A stretch of DNA of 64,000 nucleotides from assembly GCA_938083505.1 (NCBI GenBank), contig CALKCF010000007.1:96001-160000 (forward strand), read 5' to 3'. The translations under genes and the position numbers were made by a program. This DNA comes from an uncultured archaeon. GTDB lineage: Archaea; Thermoproteota; Nitrososphaeria_A; Caldarchaeales; Wolframiiraptoraceae. The notes below the pieces were generated by a model. That model saw only the letters and a program-made list of their open reading frames with translations, was not told the origin of the DNA and made no database searches. Of this stretch, positions 20,835-29,224 are shown piece by piece (positions within the stretch are counted from its first letter, which is position 1; each line of letters starts with the position of its first letter).

Positions 20835-23102
20835 ATGAACAAAAGGCTTCTAGCTATAGTTCTAGTCAGCTTGGCGATACGATTGGCTGTTGCACCATTT
20901 TTCGGTCATCCTATAGACATGTTTACCTGGCTTAAAGCGGGAGAGATGACAGCACAGCATGGTATAAACGTATATCAGGTTGAAGAGATACCGGACTATC
21001 CTTGGGGCTTTTACGCCTATCCCCCAATCTGGTTATACTGGATTTCGTTATCCTCACTGTTTTACGAATTTACACAAAATCTGAACATGTTTGTGTTTTT
21101 TGTGAAACTACCTATAATAACCTCCGATATACTCATCGGCCTCATTCTTTACAGATTTGTTATGTTGCTTAAGGATGATAAACATTTAGCCACAAAAATT
21201 TCAGCTTTGTGGTTCCTAAACCCACTCCCAATTTTTATTTCATCGGTGTGGGGTATGTTCGATTCCTTTGCAGCCTTATTTGGTTTAGCGTCATTATATC
21301 ATATGTTTAAAGTAAGGTATAAGTTAAGCGCATTGTTATTAGGCATCGGTACAAGTGTGAAAATTTTCCCAGGATTGCTTATCTTGCCAATGTTGTTCTA
21401 TATCAAAAGGACTCAGAATAATGTTTTTAAGAGAAGAATGTTGGAATACGTCCTATATGCAGCCATAATGCCGATTATATCTTCAATTCCTTTCCTTTAT
21501 GATCCAGCTTCTTATTTTAGTAAGCTTCTTTTCCATTTCAGTAACACAGGCCAATTCACCTATTGGATTGTGATTTCTGGGTTTATAGGTCCCACAAGTT
21601 TAGGGTACATAAGCGTGGCAATTTTCATCGGAATCCTCGTATTGCTCTTTGTTAAAATTTTGACCCGTGAAGTATACCCAAGCGAAATATTAATTAAAGG
21701 TTCAACGTTAACGTTATTAGCATTTCTTGCTACATCGACGAAGGTAAATGTCCAGTACATAATTTGGGTTCTACCGTTTTTGCTGATTTACGTTTTGTAC
21801 TTTAACATAAAAGATTATAAATTAAACCTGCTTATGTTGAACATTGCTACGTATGCTTTTCTTATTGGGAGTATAGGACTGTGCAACGGATACGACTTAG
21901 CCTATATTGGAAACCTTACAACTTTAGATTTTAAAGAAATCAACGTATATGGTGCCATAATATTTGTGGCAGGAATTTTCGGTTCTAGTAGGATAGTAGC
22001 CCTTGTTTTTGACCTATTAAAACTTCAAAGGATTAACTTATGCATAACAACAAAATGGACACTCATAACAATTGTAATACTTTTTTTGGTCATCATGGCA
22101 ACGTTTCCGACACCTGTTGGTATTAGTACCCCGGCCTTACCAATAAGGGTCGGCGTAGTCGAAAGTCCAGACTCAGCTTTTGTTTTGAAAGAAGGTTATG
22201 GTGTTGATGGGTTCTTAAACAGATATAATATAACACATATCGTTATACCGTTTGGCATAGATTTCGTTAACACATATAGAGGCTACAATGAACGTGTACG
22301 TATAGCAGAGTACTTTAAGTTCAGGATATCTTCTTTCAGCTGGTCTATGCATGACTTAAAGTGTCTGGTGAACGAACTAAAGAAGGGGGGCGTTTCTGTC
22401 ATGCTAGGTGTGTATCTTGAACCAGAAAAGTTAAGTATGCGCTATGGTGTACATGGTTATAGGTCTACTTGGTTAAAAGAGCTTCATGAAGAGGTACTGA
22501 ATGAATTTGAAAAAATAGAGTTCCAGAGAAGATTAAAACAAGATGGTATGTATGTGTTTTTTGAGCAAACGTATGCAGAGTACTTTACGTCAAAAGTGTT
22601 AATGATCATTGAGGACCTTAACTTTGATGGTGTATATTTGTTATACAATTTTAGAGACAATGATAAAACACAGATGGAAAGTATCCTATTTCTTTTGGAT
22701 GCACTTTCACCTGCTCTTAGAACACATTCAAAACAAGTAATGTTAGGAGATTTGAATGTTAGAATAGAGCCACAATATGTGGAGACTCTTGCTAAGAATG
22801 TTGACTATTTTACGATTAGAACATCTTCATGGTTAGACATACTTTACCCTGACAACTTTAATAATGTCACGTTTAACAATTATAAAGAACGTTTACCCGA
22901 ACTACTGTCCTCTATACCAGAGGATGTAAAACATAAGGTGCTTTTTAGTATTAACGCCATAGATATCGCAGATGGTTGGATGACTCCAGCAATAGCGCTT
23001 CAAGAAGATATAGATGCTTCATCAAAGTTTAAAATGAACGGGTATGTGATATATCACACAAACAAGTACTTACCATATAGAATAACTCCTTCAACTAAGT
23101 AA
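20835..23102 (+). CDS. GT-C-fold membrane glycosyltransferase fused to a soluble glycoside-hydrolase-like domain
   Basis: GHPIDM, YAYPP, KLPII.SD, LNP.PIFISSVWGMFDS, QYIIWVLPF in about 11 TM segments; a C-terminal soluble domain of about 320 aa contains LNFDGVYL. Confidence 0.7.
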   Translation: MNKRLLAIVLVSLAIRLAVAPFFGHPIDMFTWLKAGEMTAQHGINVYQVEEIPDYPWGFYAYPPIWLYWISLSSLFYEFTQNLNMFVFFVKLPIITSDILIGLILYRFVMLLKDDKHLATKISALWFLNPLPIFISSVWGMFDSFAALFGLASLYHMFKVRYKLSALLLGIGTSVKIFPGLLILPMLFYIKRTQNNVFKRRMLEYVLYAAIMPIISSIPFLYDPASYFSKLLFHFSNTGQFTYWIVISGFIGPTSLGYISVAIFIGILVLLFVKILTREVYPSEILIKGSTLTLLAFLATSTKVNVQYIIWVLPFLLIYVLYFNIKDYKLNLLMLNIATYAFLIGSIGLCNGYDLAYIGNLTTLDFKEINVYGAIIFVAGIFGSSRIVALVFDLLKLQRINLCITTKWTLITIVILFLVIMATFPTPVGISTPALPIRVGVVESPDSAFVLKEGYGVDGFLNRYNITHIVIPFGIDFVNTYRGYNERVRIAEYFKFRISSFSWSMHDLKCLVNELKKGGVSVMLGVYLEPEKLSMRYGVHGYRSTWLKELHEEVLNEFEKIEFQRRLKQDGMYVFFEQTYAEYFTSKVLMIIEDLNFDGVYLLYNFRDNDKTQMESILFLLDALSPALRTHSKQVMLGDLNVRIEPQYVETLAKNVDYFTIRTSSWLDILYPDNFNNVTFNNYKERLPELLSSIPEDVKHKVLFSINAIDIADGWMTPAIALQEDIDASSKFKMNGYVIYHTNKYLPYRITPSTK

Positions 23103-23118
23103 AGAATGTTCAAACTTA

Positions 23119-23583
23119 TTACTGCTGTAGCCTCCTCCACTTAGGCACATGGGGATATATCTTTCCGTCTACCGAAACCCGTCCGCATCCTAAACACAGA
23201 TCCTTATAAAACGCAACAACATACCTTGCCGTGATAAACTTCTCAAGTTGTAGTGGTGCTCCCTCCATCCAGAGCTTACTCTGCTCTTTAGTTAGTTCTA
23301 TTCGGTTCTTCTTAATTCTGTTACAGAGAAGCTGTGAACCTTCAATCGAAAGCACAACGTCATTCCCCTTAACTTTTGCTACATATAAACCCAATGAATG
23401 TACACCTTGCATTTTTTCCGCGACCCTTATCGTATCATTCGTCGTCAGTCTAATTTTACCTTCACCAACTTGAATCAAAACTTTATCTGAAAAATCTTCA
23501 GCATCATAACACCTCTTGAGCATTGCTTGGAAGGCTGACTTTTTTGAAGAGTTTAACAAAACTATTTTTTCATCAACTATCAC
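23119..23583 (-). CDS. RsmF C-terminal/NIP7-like RNA-binding (PUA-like) protein
   Basis: SLGLYVAK...LSIEGSQLL...IEL....LWMEG...LGCG...PKWRR; overlaps the m5C MTase gene. Confidence 0.7.
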   Translation of the reverse strand: MIVDEKIVLLNSSKKSAFQAMLKRCYDAEDFSDKVLIQVGEGKIRLTTNDTIRVAEKMQGVHSLGLYVAKVKGNDVVLSIEGSQLLCNRIKKNRIELTKEQSKLWMEGAPLQLEKFITARYVVAFYKDLCLGCGRVSVDGKIYPHVPKWRRLQQ

Positions 23584-24514
23584 CTTCTTTTACTATCTTT
23601 GCTATAAAGAACCCCTCAGCTTCATGTTCATATGGATAAACTCTTACACATCGTTCGAGCTCAGGGTTGTACTTATTGTGTTGCCATTCCAGAAGTCCTT
23701 TGTTTATTTTTAACCCCTCAAGTCGTATGTTCTCTAAGCGCGCATTAGGTTTATTTGCAAGAAGACGATCTATGACCCATTCGTTCTCCTGCGGGCTGAG
23801 CGTGCATGTGGCGTAGATCATTATGCCACCAACCTTCAAACATTCAAAGCCAGAGATAGCTAGGCTGAGCTGAAGTTTAGACAATCGCTCGGAAGTCCGA
23901 AAGCTCCATTTTTTTGCAGCACTCCAATCTTTGCTTACTATACCGAGTGATGTACACGGCGCGTCAACAAGAACTTTGTCAAAAAATCCTTTGGCCCATA
24001 ATGGAAATTTCCTACCATCGACCTGCGTGATAATACAGTTTATAACCCCGCACCTTTGAACATTAGAAGAGAGCGCCCTTATCCTCTTAATGTTCACATC
24101 ATTTGCGACTATTACACCCTCTCCTTGTAAAGCTTGTGCTATCTGTGTAGTTTTGCTACCTGGAGCGGCACAAAGGTCTAGAACGAGTTCACCAGGTTTA
24201 GGTGATAGTACCTCAACCGGAGCCATGGATACTGCGCCTTGAATGTATATTAGACCAAGCATATGCTCGAGCGTGTTTGAGACATTAACGTCGTTTACGA
24301 CCCAATACCCATATCTTGCCCAAGGTATCTTTTTAAGCTCTATACTCCTTTCTCTTAGCATGCTTAGCACATACTCCTCTCTGGCCTTTAATGTGTTGAT
24401 TCTAATGGATTGTCGTATCGGTTTTTGATAACTTTCTAGCAAACTTTTAACATCTATATCCGGTATGCTGTACAAAAGGTTTCTGAGGTCCTCACTTATA
24501 TTAATGGTGCTCAA
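23573..24514 (-). CDS. NOL1/NOP2/RsmF-family RNA m5C methyltransferase
   Basis: RINTLK, DLCAAPGSKTTQ, LVDAPCTS, YATCTL..QENE. Confidence 0.93.
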   Translation of the reverse strand: MSTINISEDLRNLLYSIPDIDVKSLLESYQKPIRQSIRINTLKAREEYVLSMLRERSIELKKIPWARYGYWVVNDVNVSNTLEHMLGLIYIQGAVSMAPVEVLSPKPGELVLDLCAAPGSKTTQIAQALQGEGVIVANDVNIKRIRALSSNVQRCGVINCIITQVDGRKFPLWAKGFFDKVLVDAPCTSLGIVSKDWSAAKKWSFRTSERLSKLQLSLAISGFECLKVGGIMIYATCTLSPQENEWVIDRLLANKPNARLENIRLEGLKINKGLLEWQHNKYNPELERCVRVYPYEHEAEGFFIAKIVKEGDS

Positions 24515-24538
24515 TGTTCATCACACGAGTTATTGCAC

Positions 24539-25162
24539 CTACTTGAATACTTCTCCAGTTTTGTCGGCCCATATTACGAGATCAAGGACCTCTGGCCTCA
24601 TATTCAAATCCTTAGCAAATTCTATAAACTTCTTTTCAAGTTTCAGGTACGTTCTTTTTGTTAAAATTTTTGGAACTTCTTCTACAATCCCAGCCTCTTT
24701 CATACCTCTCAGTATGTGTCTATCCAAAACAGACAATCCTTCATAACCAATGTTCCTCAAAAAATGGCTCGCCTCTTTATAACCCAAGCCCTTTATGTTT
24801 TTAACGAGCCACTCTCTTGCCTTAAAACCATCTGGAGGTAAATTCCTTAACGACTTCAAATAATTCCTTGCAGCAATTATATATTTAGCCTTTGACCTGG
24901 GAAATCGAACACCAGTCTTCCTTAATACGGATGTTATACTATCTTCGTCACCATAAAGTAGTAATGATTCTTTCTTTAGGATTGATATTGCCGCGTCTGC
25001 AGCCCTCGCTCTAGTCTGAGGAGTACACAGACAAAAACAAAGCTCCGCAAATATTTCCTCATCGCTTTTTTGTAAAACATCTTTAAATTCCCTAAGCCTG
25101 TCCTCTATCTCTTCACGCCTCTCTTCGTAAATCTTCAAATACCTGCTAGCAGCATCATTCAT
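24539..25162 (-). CDS. ogg: 8-oxoguanine DNA glycosylase/AP lyase (Ogg2 type)
   Basis: FAELCFCLCT, RF...KAKYI, HhH KGLGYKEASHFLRNIG, LDRHI, C-terminal GEVFK. Start moved to ATG 25162, just after the herA stop. Confidence 0.92.
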   Translation of the reverse strand: MNDAASRYLKIYEERREEIEDRLREFKDVLQKSDEEIFAELCFCLCTPQTRARAADAAISILKKESLLLYGDEDSITSVLRKTGVRFPRSKAKYIIAARNYLKSLRNLPPDGFKAREWLVKNIKGLGYKEASHFLRNIGYEGLSVLDRHILRGMKEAGIVEEVPKILTKRTYLKLEKKFIEFAKDLNMRPEVLDLVIWADKTGEVFK

Positions 25163-25163
25163 G

Positions 25164-26648
25164 CTATTTGTTTTTCTCAACTCTTGGTATATGTAGTTGT
25201 TTATCGGAAAGTTCGAAAAATAGCCTAGTTTTGCCCATCGTCTCCACATCGACTTCCCTAACCTTGACAACGACTGGTATGTCCCTGACCAAATATCCTA
25301 TAAGTAAGCAGTAACGCGGAGGTAGGGATGCTGCCATTATCTTCACACTTTCAGAATCTATGCGTGAAGTTTTTGCTATCGCTTCTAAATCAGCTTCGTT
25401 AGTGAAGTTAAAAAGAATTATGTTATCCGCCTGTCTGTATATTGTTTCAGGGATAGAATCGGGCTGATTCGTCACAAAGATTGGTGATAAACCTAAATGT
25501 CTCATTCTTGTCACTATGTCATCCCAGTACGTGTCCCTTAAATAAAGATGTGCCTCTTCAGCCACAAGGAATATTGGGGGCAACTTCTTTGCTTGCAATA
25601 ATTCAGTAAGTTTACTAACTAAATATTCGACAACCATCCTTCTCGTCGGAGGTAGCAGGTCTCTTAGGTTAACTACGAGCATTTTACCGTCAATACATTT
25701 GATAATTTTCTCAAAAGACGTTACGCAATCCTCATCATCTGTAATAATGCCTGTAGCCTCTATTGCCATAAGCCTACTCATCAATGCCTCTTTTACGGAC
25801 TCATGTAGCTGTGTCTTTTGAATAACATCTATTAAATCTCTAAGGGTAACCTTACCCTTATTCCTTTTCAGAACGTTCCATATCCTAAAGAATTCCCGAC
25901 TACTACTTGATGGTGTATCGTAGACGTGAATTAGTATATCCATAAAGGTCCTAAGGCCAACATCCTCCGTCCTAACTTTGAAGTTCTTACCAGGCTCCAG
26001 CACTTCATGCCGAAGGGCTATATTGCTCTGACTTCCATCAACCTTTCTCTTCAGATTTACGTATTCTCCGTTAATATCAAGCACTATAACCAAGGCCCCA
26101 TACTCAACCAATGTAGTTGATATTAGCTTCGTTATGTGAGATTTTCCGGTTTCTTTCTTCCCAGTTATTATGGTCAATCTACCATCGAAGGATTCTGCAT
26201 CAACCCAAAAGTCTTCCCCTCCTACTGTTCCAATGTGTACTTTTCGCTTACCCAGTAACTTCATTACGTTCCTTAATAAGTCGGCTTTCGCGACGGAGAT
26301 GTTTGACCTAAATCTTGAAGGGAGCCATGAACTATTATTCGCAATTCTATCTCCATCTACAATGCACCTTATCTTACACCTTATCATTCTCGCTTCCTTT
26401 ATCATAATTGTCAGCGAGCCTGTATCAAATGGGTCGAAGATGTTTTCATGATTCACGATTTCTAGCGAAACTTCGCGTAACATGTCTTCTAGTATGCCAG
26501 GAATATCTGCATAGTTTACATCTATCACTTGAGCAAGTATAAACTTATCTCCTTCGCTTAGTAAAAGATACTGACCTTTTTCCACCAGAATTTCTTGAGG
26601 AAATGCCAATACATCCAACGTGTCTTTTTGCTTAGAAAAAATCTTCAT
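25164..26648 (-). CDS. herA: HerA-family ATPase (HAS barrel + DUF87)
   Basis: Walker A GKKETGKS, LDINGEY, Walker B VAEEAH, R-finger region TRMRHLG, TNQP. Confidence 0.85.
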   Translation of the reverse strand: MKIFSKQKDTLDVLAFPQEILVEKGQYLLLSEGDKFILAQVIDVNYADIPGILEDMLREVSLEIVNHENIFDPFDTGSLTIMIKEARMIRCKIRCIVDGDRIANNSSWLPSRFRSNISVAKADLLRNVMKLLGKRKVHIGTVGGEDFWVDAESFDGRLTIITGKKETGKSHITKLISTTLVEYGALVIVLDINGEYVNLKRKVDGSQSNIALRHEVLEPGKNFKVRTEDVGLRTFMDILIHVYDTPSSSSREFFRIWNVLKRNKGKVTLRDLIDVIQKTQLHESVKEALMSRLMAIEATGIITDDEDCVTSFEKIIKCIDGKMLVVNLRDLLPPTRRMVVEYLVSKLTELLQAKKLPPIFLVAEEAHLYLRDTYWDDIVTRMRHLGLSPIFVTNQPDSIPETIYRQADNIILFNFTNEADLEAIAKTSRIDSESVKIMAASLPPRYCLLIGYLVRDIPVVVKVREVDVETMGKTRLFFELSDKQLHIPRVEKNK

Positions 26649-26650
26649 AT

Positions 26651-27691
26651 CTAATGCCCGTCTAACGGATTGAAAAGGCTACTCCTTACATCGCCCATGT
26701 TAAAAGAATCTATATTGAGCTTCTGCTTTAACAATTTCTGCAAAACTAACACGTCTACCTTATTAAATGTGCAATAATTGTGAGCTAACAATAGCGTCTC
26801 CGGATATCCGTATATTATAGCATCGCTGCTGAGAAGATTATCAATTATGCACAAGGCATCATCCATTTCCCTTTCACTTACATCAAGCCTATAAGGAAAG
26901 AAAGTCCTAGATAGATGTGATACTAATATCCTGCCGAATTTATGAATTTTAAGAGAAGAACATACAGCATCGCTTACATCAATAACGCACGGGGGGTCTA
27001 TATTCGGCACTAGTGATGTTATCCTAGTTCCCAGATAGGACAAGTATGTCGATTTCGAGAAAGCAAGCACAACGTTGCCGTTTCGTTCAGCCTCATTAAG
27101 CGCCTCACGAATTAATTGTAAGGAGTTGTCAGCTGGTCCAGCAGTTAACGAACCATCAAACAGTAGTATCGAGTCGGAAAACGCTGATGCTAAAGAACGC
27201 TGAAGCCATTTTTCAAGTAAGCTGCCTATGCTTCTATGTATCGTCTCAAAGCTTTCATTGAACGGCTGACCCTCGACGAGCTCTGACATAAAGGTGAACA
27301 AAGGCAGGTTATCTTCAAAAGATACGAAAAAGATGATGGGGCCAATTATCCATGACTCGATGCTTCCGGATCTTTTTCTCCTTACTACAGAACCCCTTAA
27401 AGCAGCGAAGTAACCAAAAGGCCCCTCAGACAGCTTTATAACCGAAGTATCACATGCGATCACGTCGCACATCCTACCGGAAGGTCTCACTTTGTAAGCC
27501 TTAAGTGGCGGTATCTTGTCAAACTCTACTATGACATCATGGCCAATATGATGGTAAAACCCATCAATACTAATGGTTAGTAAGGTCTTTCTTAGGTTTT
27601 CTATAGAACCCATCCCCATTTTAGAAAATGCTTTAAATACCTCTAAGAAGTTCTCAACAATGGGGGTCTCAATGTTTATGAATATGTTCAT
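26651..27691 (-). CDS. nurA: NurA-family nuclease
   Basis: IACDTS, LLFDGSL, FSKST, GYPETLLLAH. ATG 27691 is preceded by an AAGGAG RBS. Confidence 0.82.
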   Translation of the reverse strand: MNIFINIETPIVENFLEVFKAFSKMGMGSIENLRKTLLTISIDGFYHHIGHDVIVEFDKIPPLKAYKVRPSGRMCDVIACDTSVIKLSEGPFGYFAALRGSVVRRKRSGSIESWIIGPIIFFVSFEDNLPLFTFMSELVEGQPFNESFETIHRSIGSLLEKWLQRSLASAFSDSILLFDGSLTAGPADNSLQLIREALNEAERNGNVVLAFSKSTYLSYLGTRITSLVPNIDPPCVIDVSDAVCSSLKIHKFGRILVSHLSRTFFPYRLDVSEREMDDALCIIDNLLSSDAIIYGYPETLLLAHNYCTFNKVDVLVLQKLLKQKLNIDSFNMGDVRSSLFNPLDGH

Positions 27692-27727
27692 CCGCTCCTT
27701 CAATACTAACACTACAAATCTATGTGC

Positions 27728-27744
27728 TTATAAATTTTGCGCAA
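27728..27744. promoter_or_regulatory. Candidate bidirectional TATA box plus 8-bp palindrome between nurA and the wHTH gene
   Basis: TTATAAA at 27728-27734, about 27 nt before ATG 27761; TTGCGCAA at 27737-27744. Confidence 0.4.
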
Positions 27745-27760
27745 TTTGGGTAATTTGCTC

Positions 27761-28192
27761 ATGTCACAAGAAAGGATAAAGGTTAAGATAACCATAGGAA
27801 AGGCGAACGTGGAGATAGAAGCACCTCCCGATTTGCTAGAGAGATCTATAAAGGAGGTTATGGCTGCCCTCGGTGTCTCAAATACGTTAGAACCTGAGCC
27901 TGAATCCCAAAGGCGCACAAGGTCAGCCGAGACGTCCACCTGCAGGGGGTTGGTGGAAAGTATACTTAAAGAAGGGTGGTTCTCCACGCCGAGACAGTTG
28001 TCGGAGGTTGTGGCAGAGTTGGCCAGAAGAGGACACCATTACGATCCCACCGCTGTAGCCCACGTTTTATTGGATATGGTAAGGGAGGGTGGCCTAGTTA
28101 GAACAGGCCGTCCCAGAAGGTATTTGTATTCAGAACGGCCCGTATCAGCGGCTAAAGTGGAAACCGAAGAAAGCGAACCCAGAAGCGAGTAG
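27761..28192 (+). CDS. Hypothetical protein: N-terminal beta-hairpin/helix domain + C-terminal winged helix
   Basis: IKVKITIGKANVEIEA; EGWFSTPRQLSEVVAEL...LLDMVREGGLVR..RRYLY. Confidence 0.7.
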   Translation: MSQERIKVKITIGKANVEIEAPPDLLERSIKEVMAALGVSNTLEPEPESQRRTRSAETSTCRGLVESILKEGWFSTPRQLSEVVAELARRGHHYDPTAVAHVLLDMVREGGLVRTGRPRRYLYSERPVSAAKVETEESEPRSE

Positions 28193-28684
28193 TTATGCTT
28201 TTTCGACTTTGCCTTCCACAAACTCCTTAATGCCTAACATTGTTATAACATAGTCCCCTCTATCTAAGCGTCTGATGTAGCCCTTCCGCAAAAGCAGGCT
28301 TAGCTTTCCCGATATAGTCTTCTCAGGCTTAGCTATACTTTTCGCAAGCTCAGAAGCATTTATGGAGGGCGACTCCGTCAGACCTAGTCCATGTTCGAGA
28401 TACCTCTTTGTGCATAAAAGCATTATCGCCTCTGAAACCGATAAAGTGTTTAGAGGTTTAAGTAAAAAGAAACCTTCTGCCTGATTATAAGCTAGGTACT
28501 CTTTCAATTTTTCGATTAAATCTTGAATACCTACAGAGTAGCTTATCTTACTTGCAAGCGAGTACGAGGGCATTACCTTCTCCATAAAGAATATTATGCT
28601 TTTGTAGACATCCTCAGGTTTTCCCTCAAAATCTGCCCGGACATCTTTATACTGTATTGAGACCTTCATAAAATCTTCGCCCAT
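28193..28684 (-). CDS. Hypothetical winged-helix protein
   Basis: MKVSIQYKDVRADFEG; NASELAKSIAKPEKTISGKLSLLLRKGYI...GDYVI. Confidence 0.75.
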   Translation of the reverse strand: MGEDFMKVSIQYKDVRADFEGKPEDVYKSIIFFMEKVMPSYSLASKISYSVGIQDLIEKLKEYLAYNQAEGFFLLKPLNTLSVSEAIMLLCTKRYLEHGLGLTESPSINASELAKSIAKPEKTISGKLSLLLRKGYIRRLDRGDYVITMLGIKEFVEGKVEKA

Positions 28685-28686
28685 GA

Positions 28687-29157
28687 TCAGACCTCCTCTA
28701 CCAGCATGTTGATGGCGGATGTATTAAAAATATACCTTCCACTGTTAACCTTTATGACAAGACCAGACTTTCTCATATCGCTTAGCCTAGCTCTCGTAAC
28801 CCTTTCCTCTAAACCCGTGGCTGCCGAAATCTCCTTAGGAGAAAGCGCGTCATTTTCCAGAAGCCCAAGCACCCTACCCACGTATGCGGCCGCAAGACAT
28901 AGGAGTATTTTTTTCTTTGCGTCCGCCCGGGTTGAGACGATTATCCTACCATTTGTTATCTGAACATTTCCCGAAAGCAATAAGGCGATGTGGGAAACGT
29001 CGGCAGTTCCCATAAATTTCTTTAATATGGATAGAGACGGATAAAGCTCTGAAAGATACTTGTTAACGCTCATCCATACCTCTTCATAATTTCCGTCAAA
29101 CTCGACGGAAATGTCGTCATGTTGTATTCTTATCTTAAGACCTTTCGCATTTTGCAA
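28687..29157 (-). CDS. Hypothetical winged-helix protein, paralog of the downstream gene
   Basis: LKIRIQHDDISVEFDG; SPKEISAATGLEERVTRARLSDMRKSGLV...GRYIF. Confidence 0.75.
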   Translation of the reverse strand: MQNAKGLKIRIQHDDISVEFDGNYEEVWMSVNKYLSELYPSLSILKKFMGTADVSHIALLLSGNVQITNGRIIVSTRADAKKKILLCLAAAYVGRVLGLLENDALSPKEISAATGLEERVTRARLSDMRKSGLVIKVNSGRYIFNTSAINMLVEEV

Positions 29158-29224
29158 AGTCTTTAACCAATATATGAATTAAGAAATACATACATTAAAA
29201 TTTATCGTTGTTAAATAGTTTTTA

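Noticed and set aside
25163-25270. N-terminal extension of the Ogg ORF in the track
   Set aside because: It overlaps herA by more than 100 nt; ATG 25162 gives a family-typical length.
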